A DNA stretch of 62,790 nucleotides, filler included, from Globobulimina sp. (lineage: Eukaryota), in assembly GCA_003354225.1 (NCBI GenBank). It is 24 parts of 24 records of this genome, joined end to end, with 100 filler letters (N's around TTAATTAATTAA, not from the genome) between each part and the next. Parts side by side here need not be neighbours in the genome. Positions count along the whole stretch, not along the records: positions 47,177 to 49,695 come from PIVH01006204.1; positions 49,796 to 52,314 come from PIVH01006205.1; positions 52,415 to 54,933 come from PIVH01006206.1; positions 55,034 to 57,552 come from PIVH01006207.1; positions 57,653 to 60,171 come from PIVH01006208.1; 19 more parts are not named here. The stretch is one strand, 5' to 3'. This document shows, piece after piece, positions 47,311-60,271 of this stretch. The notes beneath the pieces were generated by a model, which was given only the letters and a program-made list of their open reading frames with translations, did no database searches and was not told the origin of the DNA. Each line of letters opens with the position of its first letter. Position 1 is the first letter of the stretch. The translations under genes were made by a program, and so were the position numbers.

Positions 47311-49150
47311 TCACGGCCTACAACATTGAGGGAAATTGTGTGGCATCCTGGGATACATATGATCTTTAAACAGTTTCTTTTCCCGCGCCGCCTCAGACGC
47401 TACGCCGCCTCTATTCCGTGTATATCTCCTTAAATTGCTCAAAATGTCCTCAATCCCATTCCTAAACTCCGTGGCACTCGGCCTTTGTTGCGGATTATGT
47501 GTAATGGCCCATCTTATCAACTCCTTCAATGCATAGGGCATATTATACGGCATTATTGGTCTCCGCGCCGTATCATGCACCAAATACCGTATCTCCTCAT
47601 AACTTAAACTCTCGCCAGAACTCGAAGACTCAATGCCATCCTCCTTTGACACCTTATCCACAGAATACGGCTTTGTCCATAGCCGTGTCCCTGAAAATAA
47701 GCTCCAAATCGTCAGTGCCGTGCTATAAACATCAACACTTTCATCCAATGGCTCACTGCTTAGCTCTTCCGGCGCCCGATTCCTTCCATCCGCCTCATAC
47801 GGACAATAAGTGCTACATTTCATAATCTGTTCATATTCTCCATCCCCGAAATCCTCCGGAAATCGATACGTTTGAAACTTGCCGCGATTAAAGTCATTGA
47901 TCAGCACATTGCCATTATCGTCAATCATGAACTGATCAATGGCGATATCCGTATGATGGTAAGGACCGCCACGAATATTATGCAACACTTGCGTCCCCGT
48001 AGCGACATCCAACGCCATTTCAATCAGTCTGCGCAGCGGTGCACGTGCCGCGGAACCGGATTTTATAAACGCTTCAAACGTCACATTATAATACGGCGTC
48101 ACTGACATATATGTCGGAAATAGGCAGTGCCCCAACTCCCGCACGTAGGGAAACGCTCGTTTTTCGCCAAAAGAAGTAAACTTTGCACCGTATTTGTGAA
48201 TATATTCTTGCTCTTCGCGCTGTAAATAGTATAATATGATGCTTTCGCGTATATTGCGTTGTAGATCGCGTGCATAGTCATCGTATCTTTTCGGACGCAT
48301 CATTTTCAAGACAACGTATTGATTGTTATGCGGTGATTTTACTTTCCAGACATCGCGAAAGTAGCCGTGTGTGAGCAGCAAAGGGCATTCTTTGCGACCG
48401 TATTTATCCAAACAAGCGTATATTTGTGGCAGTAATTGAGTCATTATGTCGGTGCAGGAAAAGGTGTTGTTTGTGACGGACGATTTTGATTTATGAACTA
48501 CGCGAAAGTATGGATAAACATTGCAATTTTTCAAGCTGGCGCAGCTTTGTTGGCGTAGGAAATATTCAGCATTCATACCGGTGGAGGGACGGTCGCCTTG
48601 TTTGGGATTTGCGTAATAATAATCTGAGCCGAAGCCGTTTATGCCAATTTGGTCCGTATCGAAATCGGCTCTGCTTAGGTTTGCTTTGCCGCCCATTTCG
48701 AGCAAGAACTGGTAGAATCTGTCGGGTATTGGAGCTATGGTGGAATGTAGTTCTTTTTTGAAATTTGTAATCAATTGTTCTGTGGCGATGGCATCGTTTT
48801 CGTTGAGTATGACTTCGATGTCGTTTATGTCTCCGATTAAGTGATTGAAGGAATGTTTGGGCGGATACCTCGTTTTGGAATCGTAGAGTTCCGATTTGCT
48901 GAATTGAGTTTGAAGCCACGTGTCTTCGGGGATTGACGGGATTGGTATGTACTGAATGGGTAAGCTTTGATAAGCTGTGCGATCTCCGCTTAGTAATTGC
49001 TTTAAAGAAGGACTTGAATCTGAGGAGTGTTGCTCTGCAAATATCAATCCAATTATTGATAGCAGCAAAAAATCTGTATACAGTAATTGTGAGAGTAATT
49101 GTGTGATATGTGCGGTAATGCAATAATATACCAATTATACAGTACGACAT
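47311..49150 (-). CDS. Secretory-pathway protein kinase, VLK/PKDCC-like (intron 49074-49131)
   Basis: Spliced leader MSYCIIDFLLLSIIGLIFA; GYFRDVW, VVLK, HTDIAIDQF, INDFN, RAPEE and DVYS. Confidence 0.8.
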
Positions 49151-49795
49151 GGTAGGAAGTTGAAAAACTTTATTTTGTGCCTTGCAGTGATTTATTAAAT
49201 ATGAAAGCATCGGGTTTAATTTGGAGCAGTGGTACTGTAAAACGAGCATGAATGATAACAAATCATCGAATAAACACGCAATTTAATAATTAATATTTTT
49301 CTTAGTATAGGATAGTAGTATAGATACCAAACGTTTCAATACTTGTGAACTTATTGATTGACTTAATCGAAACGTTTTGTATCGAACGATCGATAAAAAA
49401 CGTTTCAAATCATCCAATGGCAAACGTTTGTGGAAATCCATTATATATTGTTCTGATTTCAACGTTTAATCGCATATGTTTGCTATGCAGACTACTAAAA
49501 TGAACAAAATCAAAAAGTCATACAAAATGGAATATTTAAAGTTTTATAAATCAAATTGCAACCACTCAGAAACAATTGAACATTGTTTATTACACTGCTC
49601 TCAGGAAGGAAAATAGGTTATAAATAAAATGTTAAAAGATAACATTTTATTAATAATGTTAAAAACATTTTTTAACGCATGATGAAATATGAAATNNNNN
49701 NNNNNNNNNNNNNNNNNNNNNNNNNNNNNNNNNNNNNNNTTAATTAATTAANNNNNNNNNNNNNNNNNNNNNNNNNNNNNNNNNNNNNNNNNNNN

Positions 49796-52314
49796 CCCGT
49801 ACCGCCGTCATGCCCAGAGATGGTGATATGGTTTGCCTTCGCTTTGGCAACGCCGGCAGCCACAATGCCGACGCCGACCTCAGACACCAATTTCACCGAT
49901 ATCTCGGCGCGCGGATTACATTGCTTCAAATCGAATATTAACTGCGATAGATCCTCAATGCTGTAAATGTCGTGATGTGGTGGCGGCGATATCAGGCCAA
50001 CTCCGGCCAATGTATGCCTTATACGGCCAATATAGTCCGACACTTTGTAGCCAGGCAGTTCTCCGCCTTCGCCTGGTTTCGCGCCTTGTGCCATTTTGAT
50101 CTGTATCTGGTCACTGTTGCAGAGATAATTGATGGTCACACCGAACCTGCCCGACGCGATTTGTTTGATGGCGGATCTCTTATCGGTGTTAAATCGCGAT
50201 GTGTCTTCGCCACCTTCGCCGGTATTGGACCTGCCACCGATGGCATTCATGGCTTGGGCTAAGGTCTCATGTGTTTCTCGCGAGATACTGCCCAGACTCA
50301 TGGCGCCGGTGTTGAATCTGCGCAGTATCTCACTCACTGGCTCCACCTCGTCAATACTTAAGGTGCGAGCAACAGCGTCGTGATTGAATTTCAATAAGCC
50401 ACGCAATGTTACTTTGGAGCATTGCACATCACTCAGTTGACTATATTCATCGTACGCTTCTTGCGAATTGTGTCGCACTGCGGACTGTAGACACGATATT
50501 GTTTCTGGAGTATTGAAATGTTCTTCTTGCTTGGTTCGGAAATGGTAATCCCCCGCGGTACGCAACGAATCGACCTGATGTAGGCCAGAACGACCGTAGC
50601 CGTATTCATACAAACGCATAATATCTGTATACAGCACATCAAAATTAGTGCCGCCGATCCGCGAGTGTGTGCCGGCGAAACTGGTTGCAATTATATCCTC
50701 GTTCAAGCCAATGGCCTCAAATACTTGCGCGCCTTTGTAACTTTGCAAGGTGGATATGCCCATTTTGCTCATTACCTTCAATATGCCGTTACTGACTGCG
50801 GTGATGTAATTCTCCACTGCAGCACCTTTATCTAAGTCGCGAATCTCAATATTATTCTCATATTGCAATTTCTGCATAATATTATAGGCCATATATGGAC
50901 ATATGCCGTCCGCGCCATAACCTAACAAGGTGCAAAAATCATGCACTTGCGCACATTCCCCACTTTCAAAAAACAATGCGACATTGCTCCGCAACTGCTT
51001 GTTGATGAGGTGGTGATGTACGGCGCCCAGAACCATCAACGATGGCAACGGACATTGCTGCGACGAAGCTTCCGCGTCGGACAAGACAATGATGGCCACT
51101 TTATTGGATATTATTGCATTTTCTGCTGCGGCGCATAGCTCTGATAACCTATCCAACATTGCCTGCTTACCACTGTGTGCTGCAAAGGTGCAATCTAAAA
51201 TAATTGAGTTCCATTCTGGATTGTCATTGTTCCGGATCTTATCCATTTCAGCTTGCCGCAGGATGGGTTTTTCAAGAACCAATCGACCGCAATGTTGCTC
51301 GCTAGTGGCAAATAGATTTAGTTCCGGCCCAACCGGGCACTTCAATGTCATTACGAATCTTTCGCGAATGGGGTCAATCGGCGGATTGGTAACTTGCGCG
51401 AATAACTGCTTGAAATATTCAAATAATAGCTTTGGTTTTGTGCTCAACACTGCCAACGAAGCGTCATTGCCCATGGAACCTAAGCTCTCTTTGCCAGTTA
51501 GAAACATTGGCAATATCACCAACTCTAAGATTTCATTCGTGTAACCAAATAAGTTCAGTTTAGCATTGAATTCGTGTAACTCGCATTCATTGTTGATGGC
51601 AAATTCTTTGCTAACCGGACCATCACAACATACGTTCAAATCCGACAACGAGATTAAATTACGAGACAACCATTCATCATATGGGTGACTGCGAGCTATT
51701 TTGTCTTTAAATTCTTTATCCCGAATGATGCGATTATTTTGCAAGTCGATTAAAAACATTTTACCTGGCTCCAAGCGCCCTTTCTCCATAATAATGGATT
51801 GATCGATGTTTGGCAACACGCCCACTTCCGAAGCAAATATGATTTGCTTCTCGTTGGTGATGTAATATCGCGAGGGCCGTAACCCATTGCGGTCCAAAAC
51901 AGCGCCGGCATAGTTCCCATCGCAAAAGGCTATCAATGCGGGACCGTCCCATGGCTCCATCTTACATGACAAATACTCGTACATTTGGCGCTTGGCCACT
52001 GACATATTTGCGTCATTTTGCCAGGCTTCCGGCACCATAGAGGCCACCACTTGCGGCAAAGTGTCATCTGTTCCTTTACACAATGTCTCCAATACACTAT
52101 CAAAGTTGCCGCTGTCTGTCATATTGTCGCTGCAGATTGGGAATATTTCACTGGTTCTAGCTCCGAAATATTTGCTCTGCGCTAATCCACTGCGGGAATG
52201 CATCCAGTTCTTGTTGCCGCGCAATGTGTTGATCTCTCCGTTGTGACAGGTTATTCTGTTCGGTTGGGCTCTGCTCCACGACGGGAATGTGTTGGTGGAG
52301 AAGCGGGAGTGGAC
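49796..52314 (-). CDS. Glutamate synthase (large-subunit/GLT1 region), internal fragment
   Basis: HSRFSTNTFPSW, MEPWDGPA, LDRNGLRP, LFAQVTNPPIDP, SNTGEGGE and KMAQGAKPGEGGELPG. Confidence 0.97.
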
Positions 52315-52414
52315 NNNNNNNNNNNNNNNNNNNNNNNNNNNNNNNNNNNNNNNNNNNNTTAATTAATTAANNNNNNNNNNNNNNNNNNNNNNNNNNNNNN
52401 NNNNNNNNNNNNNN

Positions 52415-54737
52415 AAATAAAGTTGAAAACCCGCATATCGGAAATTTAAATTTAGGCATAGCTGCTACAAACCATCCGGTGTGGTCGCATGGATATTATT
52501 TAGATGTCACAGAGTTAGATAATGATGGAAGCAAAATAATTTTACGTGGTACGTCCATCATGGCGCTCGCGACCGCATTTAATTGGTATTTATCATCGAT
52601 ATGCAATACAAGCTATGATTGGAGGACCTATACAATCGATTTACCCTCACCTTTGCCGTTACCATCATATCAAAAGAGGACTCGAAGTGTACCGTTTTCA
52701 TACTATGAGAATGTATGCACAGTATCGTATTCCCAGGCTTTCTTCTCTTGGACGCAATGGGAATCGCATTTGGATTGGATGGCCATGCAAGGCATCAACA
52801 TCCCATTAGCCTTTACAGGACAAGAATATGTTTGGGCGAAAACCTATGCTCGTTTTAATTTATCCACTCAAGATTTAATACCGTTTTTCAGCGGGCCAGG
52901 GTACGTTAACTACGTTTGCTATTTATTTTATTTTTGTTTTTCATACAATATCAAAATTACAGCTTCTTGCCTGGCAACGGATGGGGAATATTCGTGGATG
53001 GGGTGGGCCGTTGAGGTGTCATCTACATTTTGCATGGAAACAATGAGTGTTTGCGAATTGCAATCAATATACATATACAAATTAAATATCAACAGAGAGA
53101 GTGCGATTTTGAGTCAATATGAGTTACAGTTGCAAATCTTAGCTCGTATGCGATCCTTTGGAATGATGCCGGCGTTGACTGGTTTCGCAGGTCATGTTCC
53201 CTATGCGTTGCTAAACAATTATCCAAATTCAGATGTTACATACTCGCCAAATTGGGGCAATTTCCCGAAAGAATATTGTTGTGTCATGTTGTTGAATTTT
53301 ACTGATCCATTGTTTGCACAAATTGGTACAGCATTCATCGAAGAACAAATTAAATATTATGGCACTTCGCATATATATCAATGTGACAGTTTCAATGAAA
53401 TGAAACCACCAACAAATGATACACAATATCTACACAACGCAGGTTATCAAATCTATGCAGCAATGAACAACGCGGATGAAAATGCAGTGTGGTTAATGCA
53501 AGATTGGTTGTTTGGCGATGGCGGAGGCTTTTGGACCAGAAGTGCAGTGGAAGCGTATTTGGGTGGCGTGCCAAACGATGGATTGCTGATTTTAGACTTA
53601 GACTCGCAGAGAGATCCAAAATATAAATACTTTGAAAGCTTTTATGGAAAAGGCTTTATATGGAATACGTTGCATAATTATGGTGGCAACAATGGTATAT
53701 TGGGTCCTCTGTCGGATATCGCTGTGGGTCTACCACAAGCATTGCGATTCCCTAATACGACGGTGCTCGGTGTTGGCATTACAATGGAAGGGATATGGCA
53801 AAATTATATTGTTTACGATGAAACACTGTTAATGGCATATTTTACGGATACGTTAAATGTTACAAGTTATGTTAATCAATATGTTTTAAGGCGGTATGGT
53901 TTGCCGCATACGATTGGCGCTGTTGATGCATCGAAAGTGGATGATATTATTTCTAATTTGCAATCTGGATGGAATATATTACAAAATACTGTATATAATA
54001 TAAATCATATGGGCGTGATCAAGAATATTATGGTAATTACGCCAAGTTTTAGTTGTATGAAGGATGGGTTTCATGGTACAAATTTATTGTGGGAGCCTGT
54101 GGATATGCAAAAGGTGTGGAAAATATATATAAATGTGAATGATGAGAAATTAATAAATGTTACGAAATTTAAATATGATTTGATTGATATTACAAGACAG
54201 TGTTTAGCTGATTTATATTATATTTATTATAGCAATTTTACGACATCATTGAGCAAAAAAAATGTTTCTGGAATAAATTATTATACGAATAATATGTTGT
54301 TATTATTGGATGACATTGACAGTGTATTAAGTACGGATATTAACTGGATGTTAGGTTCATGGCTTGATTTGGCTAAAAATCAGAGTACAAATGAAAGTGA
54401 TCAAGAATGGTGGATATTTAATGCAAAAAATCAAGTTACTTTATGGGGTCCAACAGGTCAAATAAGTGATTATGCATCAAAAAATTGGGGAGGGTTAATA
54501 TCGACATATCATAAACCTCAATGGCAATTATTTATAAATAATGTTAAAAAACAAGCGCAAAATAATAATTACACTTGGAATCAACAACAGTTTGCTACGG
54601 ATAATATGAATCAGATACAAATACCGTGGCAAACAAATAATGATAATATACCTGATAAACCTGTTGGTGATACAATACAAATTGCATGCGAATTATATAA
54701 AAGGTGGAATATGTTTGGTGATACATCTTGTTCATAA
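52415..54737 (+). CDS. NAGLU: Alpha-N-acetylglucosaminidase (GH89); two short introns near 52901-52962 and 53016-53095; 5' partial
   Basis: YYENVCTVSYS, DWMAMQGIN, off-frame exon LAWQRMGNIRGWGGPL, DSFNEM, LHNYGG and NAKNQVTLWGP..DYASKNWGGL. Confidence 0.95.
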
Positions 54738-55033
54738 CTTAAAAGAATTAAAATCAAATATTCCCATTTTGTGAGTCCGTTGATATAATTAAAATACTAT
54801 ACTTTACTAACTTTAGAATTAACTTTTTTGGCTTAGTTTCGTTTCGTTTCATTTCAACGATTAGAAATGTTTTTGGTTAGCTAGAGTGGTTTTCAACCTA
54901 GTATTCAAAGTTGACCTAGGTCATCGAATACTANNNNNNNNNNNNNNNNNNNNNNNNNNNNNNNNNNNNNNNNNNNNTTAATTAATTAANNNNNNNNNNN
55001 NNNNNNNNNNNNNNNNNNNNNNNNNNNNNNNNN

Positions 55034-56343
55034 TGATATATACTAATTATTGAGCCGCAATAAGCCGATAATAATTTGGAATATTCTTTTTGTTGAATAT
55101 TCAATGCACGAATCTGTAATTTATTCCATTCCTTTATAGCCATTCCATTCATCAATAGCTCAGATTTTAATGTATCGCATATTGCCATTACGTAATAATC
55201 CGAATGTTTATTAAAATATTCATAATGTATCAAGTTTTGATTATGCTCAATTAATGTCATATATTTATCACTATTCCATATTTTGCATTGTTTCTTCTGT
55301 AAAATCTCGCCAATTTTCGCTAATTTCAAGGTCTCTCCATTCATAATATCACCATCCACAATTTGAGAGATTTGTTTTTTTTGTTTGGGACAAAATATTA
55401 ATCCCAAATCATATGAATGCAACAAATAACAATGTAATATGTCGCATAAATTTTCAACATTGCTTTCTTGCTCATCATTCACATCAAAATACAAACTATT
55501 TTTTCTTATATTATTATTCCGTATAAACATTTTGCATTCATTCAAATTATAATTGCATTGCCACGAAGCTATTATATTAGTATAAATATCATGGAATTCA
55601 TGAAATAAATGCAAATGTTGGGCATCATCCAATAGGTTACTATTATTGTAATTGTGTTGATTTATTACTGCATGAAATCCATATTTATTTTTAGAAGTTG
55701 ATGGATTTGATGCTATCCATAATTGATAATAATATAAAATATAATTTATACGAAGAAATGACTCGCATTCACATATTTGTTTATGTTTACATTTATTTAT
55801 TGCAATATTAATGGCATTGGGTTCAAACTGCGGGAACTTATCAATTGCGGTTTGTACAATGTCTTTGGTGAATAATTTGTTTCCGTTGTTGGGTTTGCTT
55901 AATTTCTCTCTGTTTTCGCGTTTTGTATTTGCTCGGTTTTGAAGGATTTGCTTTGCGATAATATCAAATGGAAATGGTTCATTTCTGTTTTGTCGTTGAT
56001 ATTGATCCAATATTTTGTGAATTACATTTAATTTAAATCCAACTGATTCTAACTTTATTGCAAGATTTATTTTTGAATGGAATATATTACAAATTTGCTT
56101 TTGTGCTTTGATCTCATCCTTCACTTTTAATCGATATATTATCTCCAATAAAATTTGAATATCATACGTTTTCTCGTAATGTTTGGAATATACACACAAA
56201 GCACGTTTAATATAATCTGCGGAGTGTCCCAATTTGGTTAATTCTAATTCAACACTACAATTTTGTCGACCCCATTTCCCATATCCACACAAAGGTGGCT
56301 TTACTTCATTGGTTTGCGTATTTAAACAGTTTGAAGAGCGCAT
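55034..56343 (-). CDS. Unknown protein with UBA-like N-terminal modules and a His/Cys-rich domain, truncated
   Basis: Long ORF; LGH/VGF helical modules; LLDDAQHL..H and DILHCYLLHSYDLG. Confidence 0.7.
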
Positions 56344-56398
56344 GTTGCTTGAGTTGCACTTGTAAATTATGCAAAGTTAATGCTTTCGTGTTGCACTC

Positions 56399-57552
56399 AT
56401 GTCTTTAGAGCAACGCGTACGAGATATGAACGATGAGTGGAGCTGGACAGACGATATAGACCCAAGACATAGCAAACATTCCATATCTCAATCCTCAACA
56501 TCAATATCAATGTCATTATCCAAACGAACACTTCCGTCACTCTCAACCCCTGGACTTCAACCTTTGCCATTTGACAACTATAACGCCCCAAATAGCGGAT
56601 ATTCCAACCAAAGTCTACATATTATTCACAACAACAACAATAACAACAACAACGACAATAACAGCAATAACACAGACGATATCAAACAAAACGAGCAACA
56701 TAAAAACAACAACAAACTCAACATAATCTACGACAATAAAAACTTTACCAAATTTAACAAAACCTACAAATTCAACCACAAATGCGATACAAATAGCAAC
56801 CATTCCAAATCCATGCAATCCATGGCTTCATCCACCTCCTCCTCCTTCACTTCCACCGCGCTCTCCACGCAGGTCAAAATCATCAGAATCTCAAACTTAT
56901 CCGCCTTCAATCTATGCTTCAAAGAAACAGTCGTTTCCTGCCCCAAAAGCCTCAAACGGTGCATCAATGAATACAAAGCCTTGCACAAATTCCACAGCAT
57001 CTTCGACCCCCAAAACGCGTCCAAATACACCGCCTTGTACGTGAACAAGAAAAAGAGCAGCCACAAGTACCCGAAAACCGTGCGTTTACTGATGAGGTAT
57101 TACCCCGGCGACGATTTGGACGACTTCCTCGTCGACGAAGAAGACGGCGAAGTGGGCTTCTTATACGAGGACGATTTCCGCACCATAATGAAGAAAATCT
57201 TGTGGCAGCTCAATATTTGCAGACAGCAAAACATCTTACACTGCGACATCAAGCCCAACAACATTCGCATCAACGAACAGAGCGAGAAATACGAAGAGGA
57301 CGACATCGAGTATTACGCCGTCAATCTGATCGACTTTGGCTTTGCGCATTTGTTGGCTGACAAGAAAGAGGTCAAACTGGCGTACATCAAAGGGACGCCG
57401 GGCTTCATTGCGCCGGAAACCATGCGATACAAGAAATACTCGCACAAATCGGACATGTTTAGCGTGGGCTGCGTGGCCTTCTTCTTGTTGACCAACCATT
57501 ACGCCGTGATCCAGTCGCCCGACATGGACGTCGAGGATATGATGCCGGACAG
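56399..57552 (+). CDS. Ser/Thr protein kinase, truncated
   Basis: LHCDIKPNN, LIDFG, GTPGFIAPE and SDMFSVG. Confidence 0.92.
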
Positions 57553-57652
57553 NNNNNNNNNNNNNNNNNNNNNNNNNNNNNNNNNNNNNNNNNNNNTTAA
57601 TTAATTAANNNNNNNNNNNNNNNNNNNNNNNNNNNNNNNNNNNNNNNNNNNN

Positions 57653-58329
57653 GGAAATGGTTCAATGAAAATAAAGAAATTACCACTTCATTGCGATTAA
57701 AATATGTGTATCCTTTAACAAACTTCAATGAATTTGTGATTGATAATAAATATCTATTTCAAATGAAAAAAATCACATCGCACTCACACACACAAAATAA
57801 AAATAAAAATAAAAACAAACTCATTAAAAAAACGGACTCTATCATTGCTTTTCAATTAAATCACGACAATCGACCATGTTTAAAATATAACATTTGTGTC
57901 ATTTCAAATGCACATTTATTAATTAACCAAATTGATTGGAAAAATGAGCAAAAAGATATGAATGGTTATGCCAATGCCAATGCTGATGGCAATGACGAGG
58001 ACCATAGCAATGATGGTGAGGAGGAGGAGGAAGAGGAAGAAGGAGAGTGTGACGAAAAGAGATATGGACATTTATTACAATTTAGGTTATTGAAATTTAT
58101 CTTAATGCTGGAAAACAATAAATGTCAATACCAATTAGTATTTAATACGAAAGCAAACAAATATAAATTTATTAAAATGGAATTTCAAAGCCAATTGCAA
58201 CGGAAACAAAGACATCATAACAAAATTGCAGATGATTTAAATTGGAATGAATTAAAATGGTCCAATCAAGGGGTCACTATAAGGGATAAATTGCATACAA
58301 TACATAAAGTATGGCTCATTAAAAAATAA
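57653..58329 (+). CDS. 3' part of an unknown gene
   Basis: Open frame with an acidic insert. Confidence 0.5.
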
Positions 58330-59064
58330 TGTAACTTTGTAAAAAGTAACTTTAATAATAGTGCAAGGATAAGCTGACCGAAGTAAAAAACCTACAATGA
58401 TCTTGATTTTAAAGCAATTGTTACAAAAATTAGAACTAAAATACATAAATTATATTCAACAATTGTTACAGCAAAAGTCATTCGTTACAAGAAGGATTCG
58501 GCAGTTAATTCCATGAGGAACATACAAACAAAATAAACAGACAATATGATGATGTTCTAAATAATGTGAATAATTTAATTTATGCAAAGATTAACAACAC
58601 AATAAATATGAACACTGATCAACTAATACATAACCTCAATAATTTGATTATGAACTCCAACACATCACATTCGCAGCCAACAGAAACAAAAACATTATCA
58701 TCAAATATCAAATTTGTGGCGCCGTTTAGAGCGCATATGATATGTCGTTGGAATCCGATCGATCATAGAGACGTTGCAGGTTGTTTTGTAGGGGAAATTG
58801 CAACAATGTATTAGATTCGACTGGAACAAAAAAAACATTGTTGAAAGAATAACCAATCAGTGCTCTGAGAACATGACACGACAGTTTTAAATCCGAATTA
58901 ATATTACGGACTAACTTACTCGTTTTTGCATTAAAACTAGTTCAATTTGTATATATTTACACCTATAGTTCAGAAAAAGTAAAAGAAAAAGAAAAATAAC
59001 ACTGGTTAATACTTAATAATACTTAGTTAAAAAAAAACACTTAAAAGAGTAAATATCAATTATC

Positions 59065-60130
59065 CTAAATCCTATTTGTTAATTCCGTGGTTGCACCATA
59101 TTCCTCATTTGCTAGCGATTCACTCATATATTCTTTAAATCCTTTCCTGGAACATACATATTTCCAAAACACAACGCCAATCAACGCAGCGGCTAATAAA
59201 AATAAACCAACACCAACATATAAACTCCCTTGCGACGTACCACTAACTGCATTACCATTTGCTGCTGTTTCTTTCTTTATTATTTCATCAAAATATTGTC
59301 CTTTTTTCACGGCAAAATTTAATTTAACTCCATTTGGATTGATATCCGTATCCCTATTAATTTCCCATTCATTTAAATCTAATTTTGCGGAATCATCATC
59401 AGCAATAAATGTAATATCCAATATCGCCATATTCTCATTCTCTCCATCCGACTCAACCTTGTTATAACACATATAAATATAACCATAATTGCCTTCATTC
59501 AAATCCTGCGAAGCCCGATAATATCCATCACCGCATTCTATATCCGCATTATCGCCGGATATAAATTGAATATCTGTCATATGCGACACACTCATTACAT
59601 TTGTTTTCGTCACACATCCATAAATATACACATCTGAAGCACTATTTTCATTTAAATTATTCTCATAAAATAAAATATCTTCACCAAAACATTTGTTCTC
59701 AGCTTCTTCTTCAAATCTATTGAAATATAACCAATTAATATATTCCTCCCGGGACTGGAGACCGCCACCAAAACCGCCTCGATACTGAGCAATGGAGGCA
59801 TCAGCTCGGGCTAATTGCAACTGGGTGAACATTACCATACAACTATCATCCACATAGTCCATATAATTCATATACATGTCCTGCGAATAAGTGTTTCCTG
59901 GTTCTGAGCATTTCCGCACACCGCCTGGACATCTTTTTTTTTGTGTATTATTAACTATTATCACATGAATACAATTTAAAATATATGTATTTACCCAAAA
60001 TTCGCACTGGAACTTGCCGGGGTATCTGTGACAAAATCGCTGATGACGGCGGTATTTGTGCAGCCCTGGTTGTCTCCCCATATATGTCTTAGATTCAGCC
60101 AGTGTCCGATTTCGTGGGTTCCTGTCCGTC
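59065..60130 (-). CDS. Membrane-anchored M43 (pappalysin/ulilysin-type) metalloprotease, 3' part (intron 59933-59994)
   Basis: Exon 59995-60130, in a different frame from the ORF track, encodes GRTGTHEIGHWLNLRHIWGD...DFVTDTP; Met-turn MNYMDYVDD; C-terminal TM helix. Confidence 0.9.
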
Positions 60131-60271
60131 CTAATTGTGATTATACACAATATTGAAAACATTTACTTGTANNNNNNNNNNNNNNNNNNNNNNNNNNNNN
60201 NNNNNNNNNNNNNNNTTAATTAATTAANNNNNNNNNNNNNNNNNNNNNNNNNNNNNNNNNNNNNNNNNNNN

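Noticed and set aside
52900..53095. Novel insertion in NAGLU
   Set aside because: It is two retained introns around an off-frame exon (LAWQRMGNIRGWGGPL); the first splice site is slightly ambiguous.
2523..60271. Regularly spaced TTAATTAATTAA as a biological repeat array
   Set aside because: It is always embedded in N-runs and is an artificial six-frame-stop spacer. ORF ends containing X or LIN are artefacts of it.
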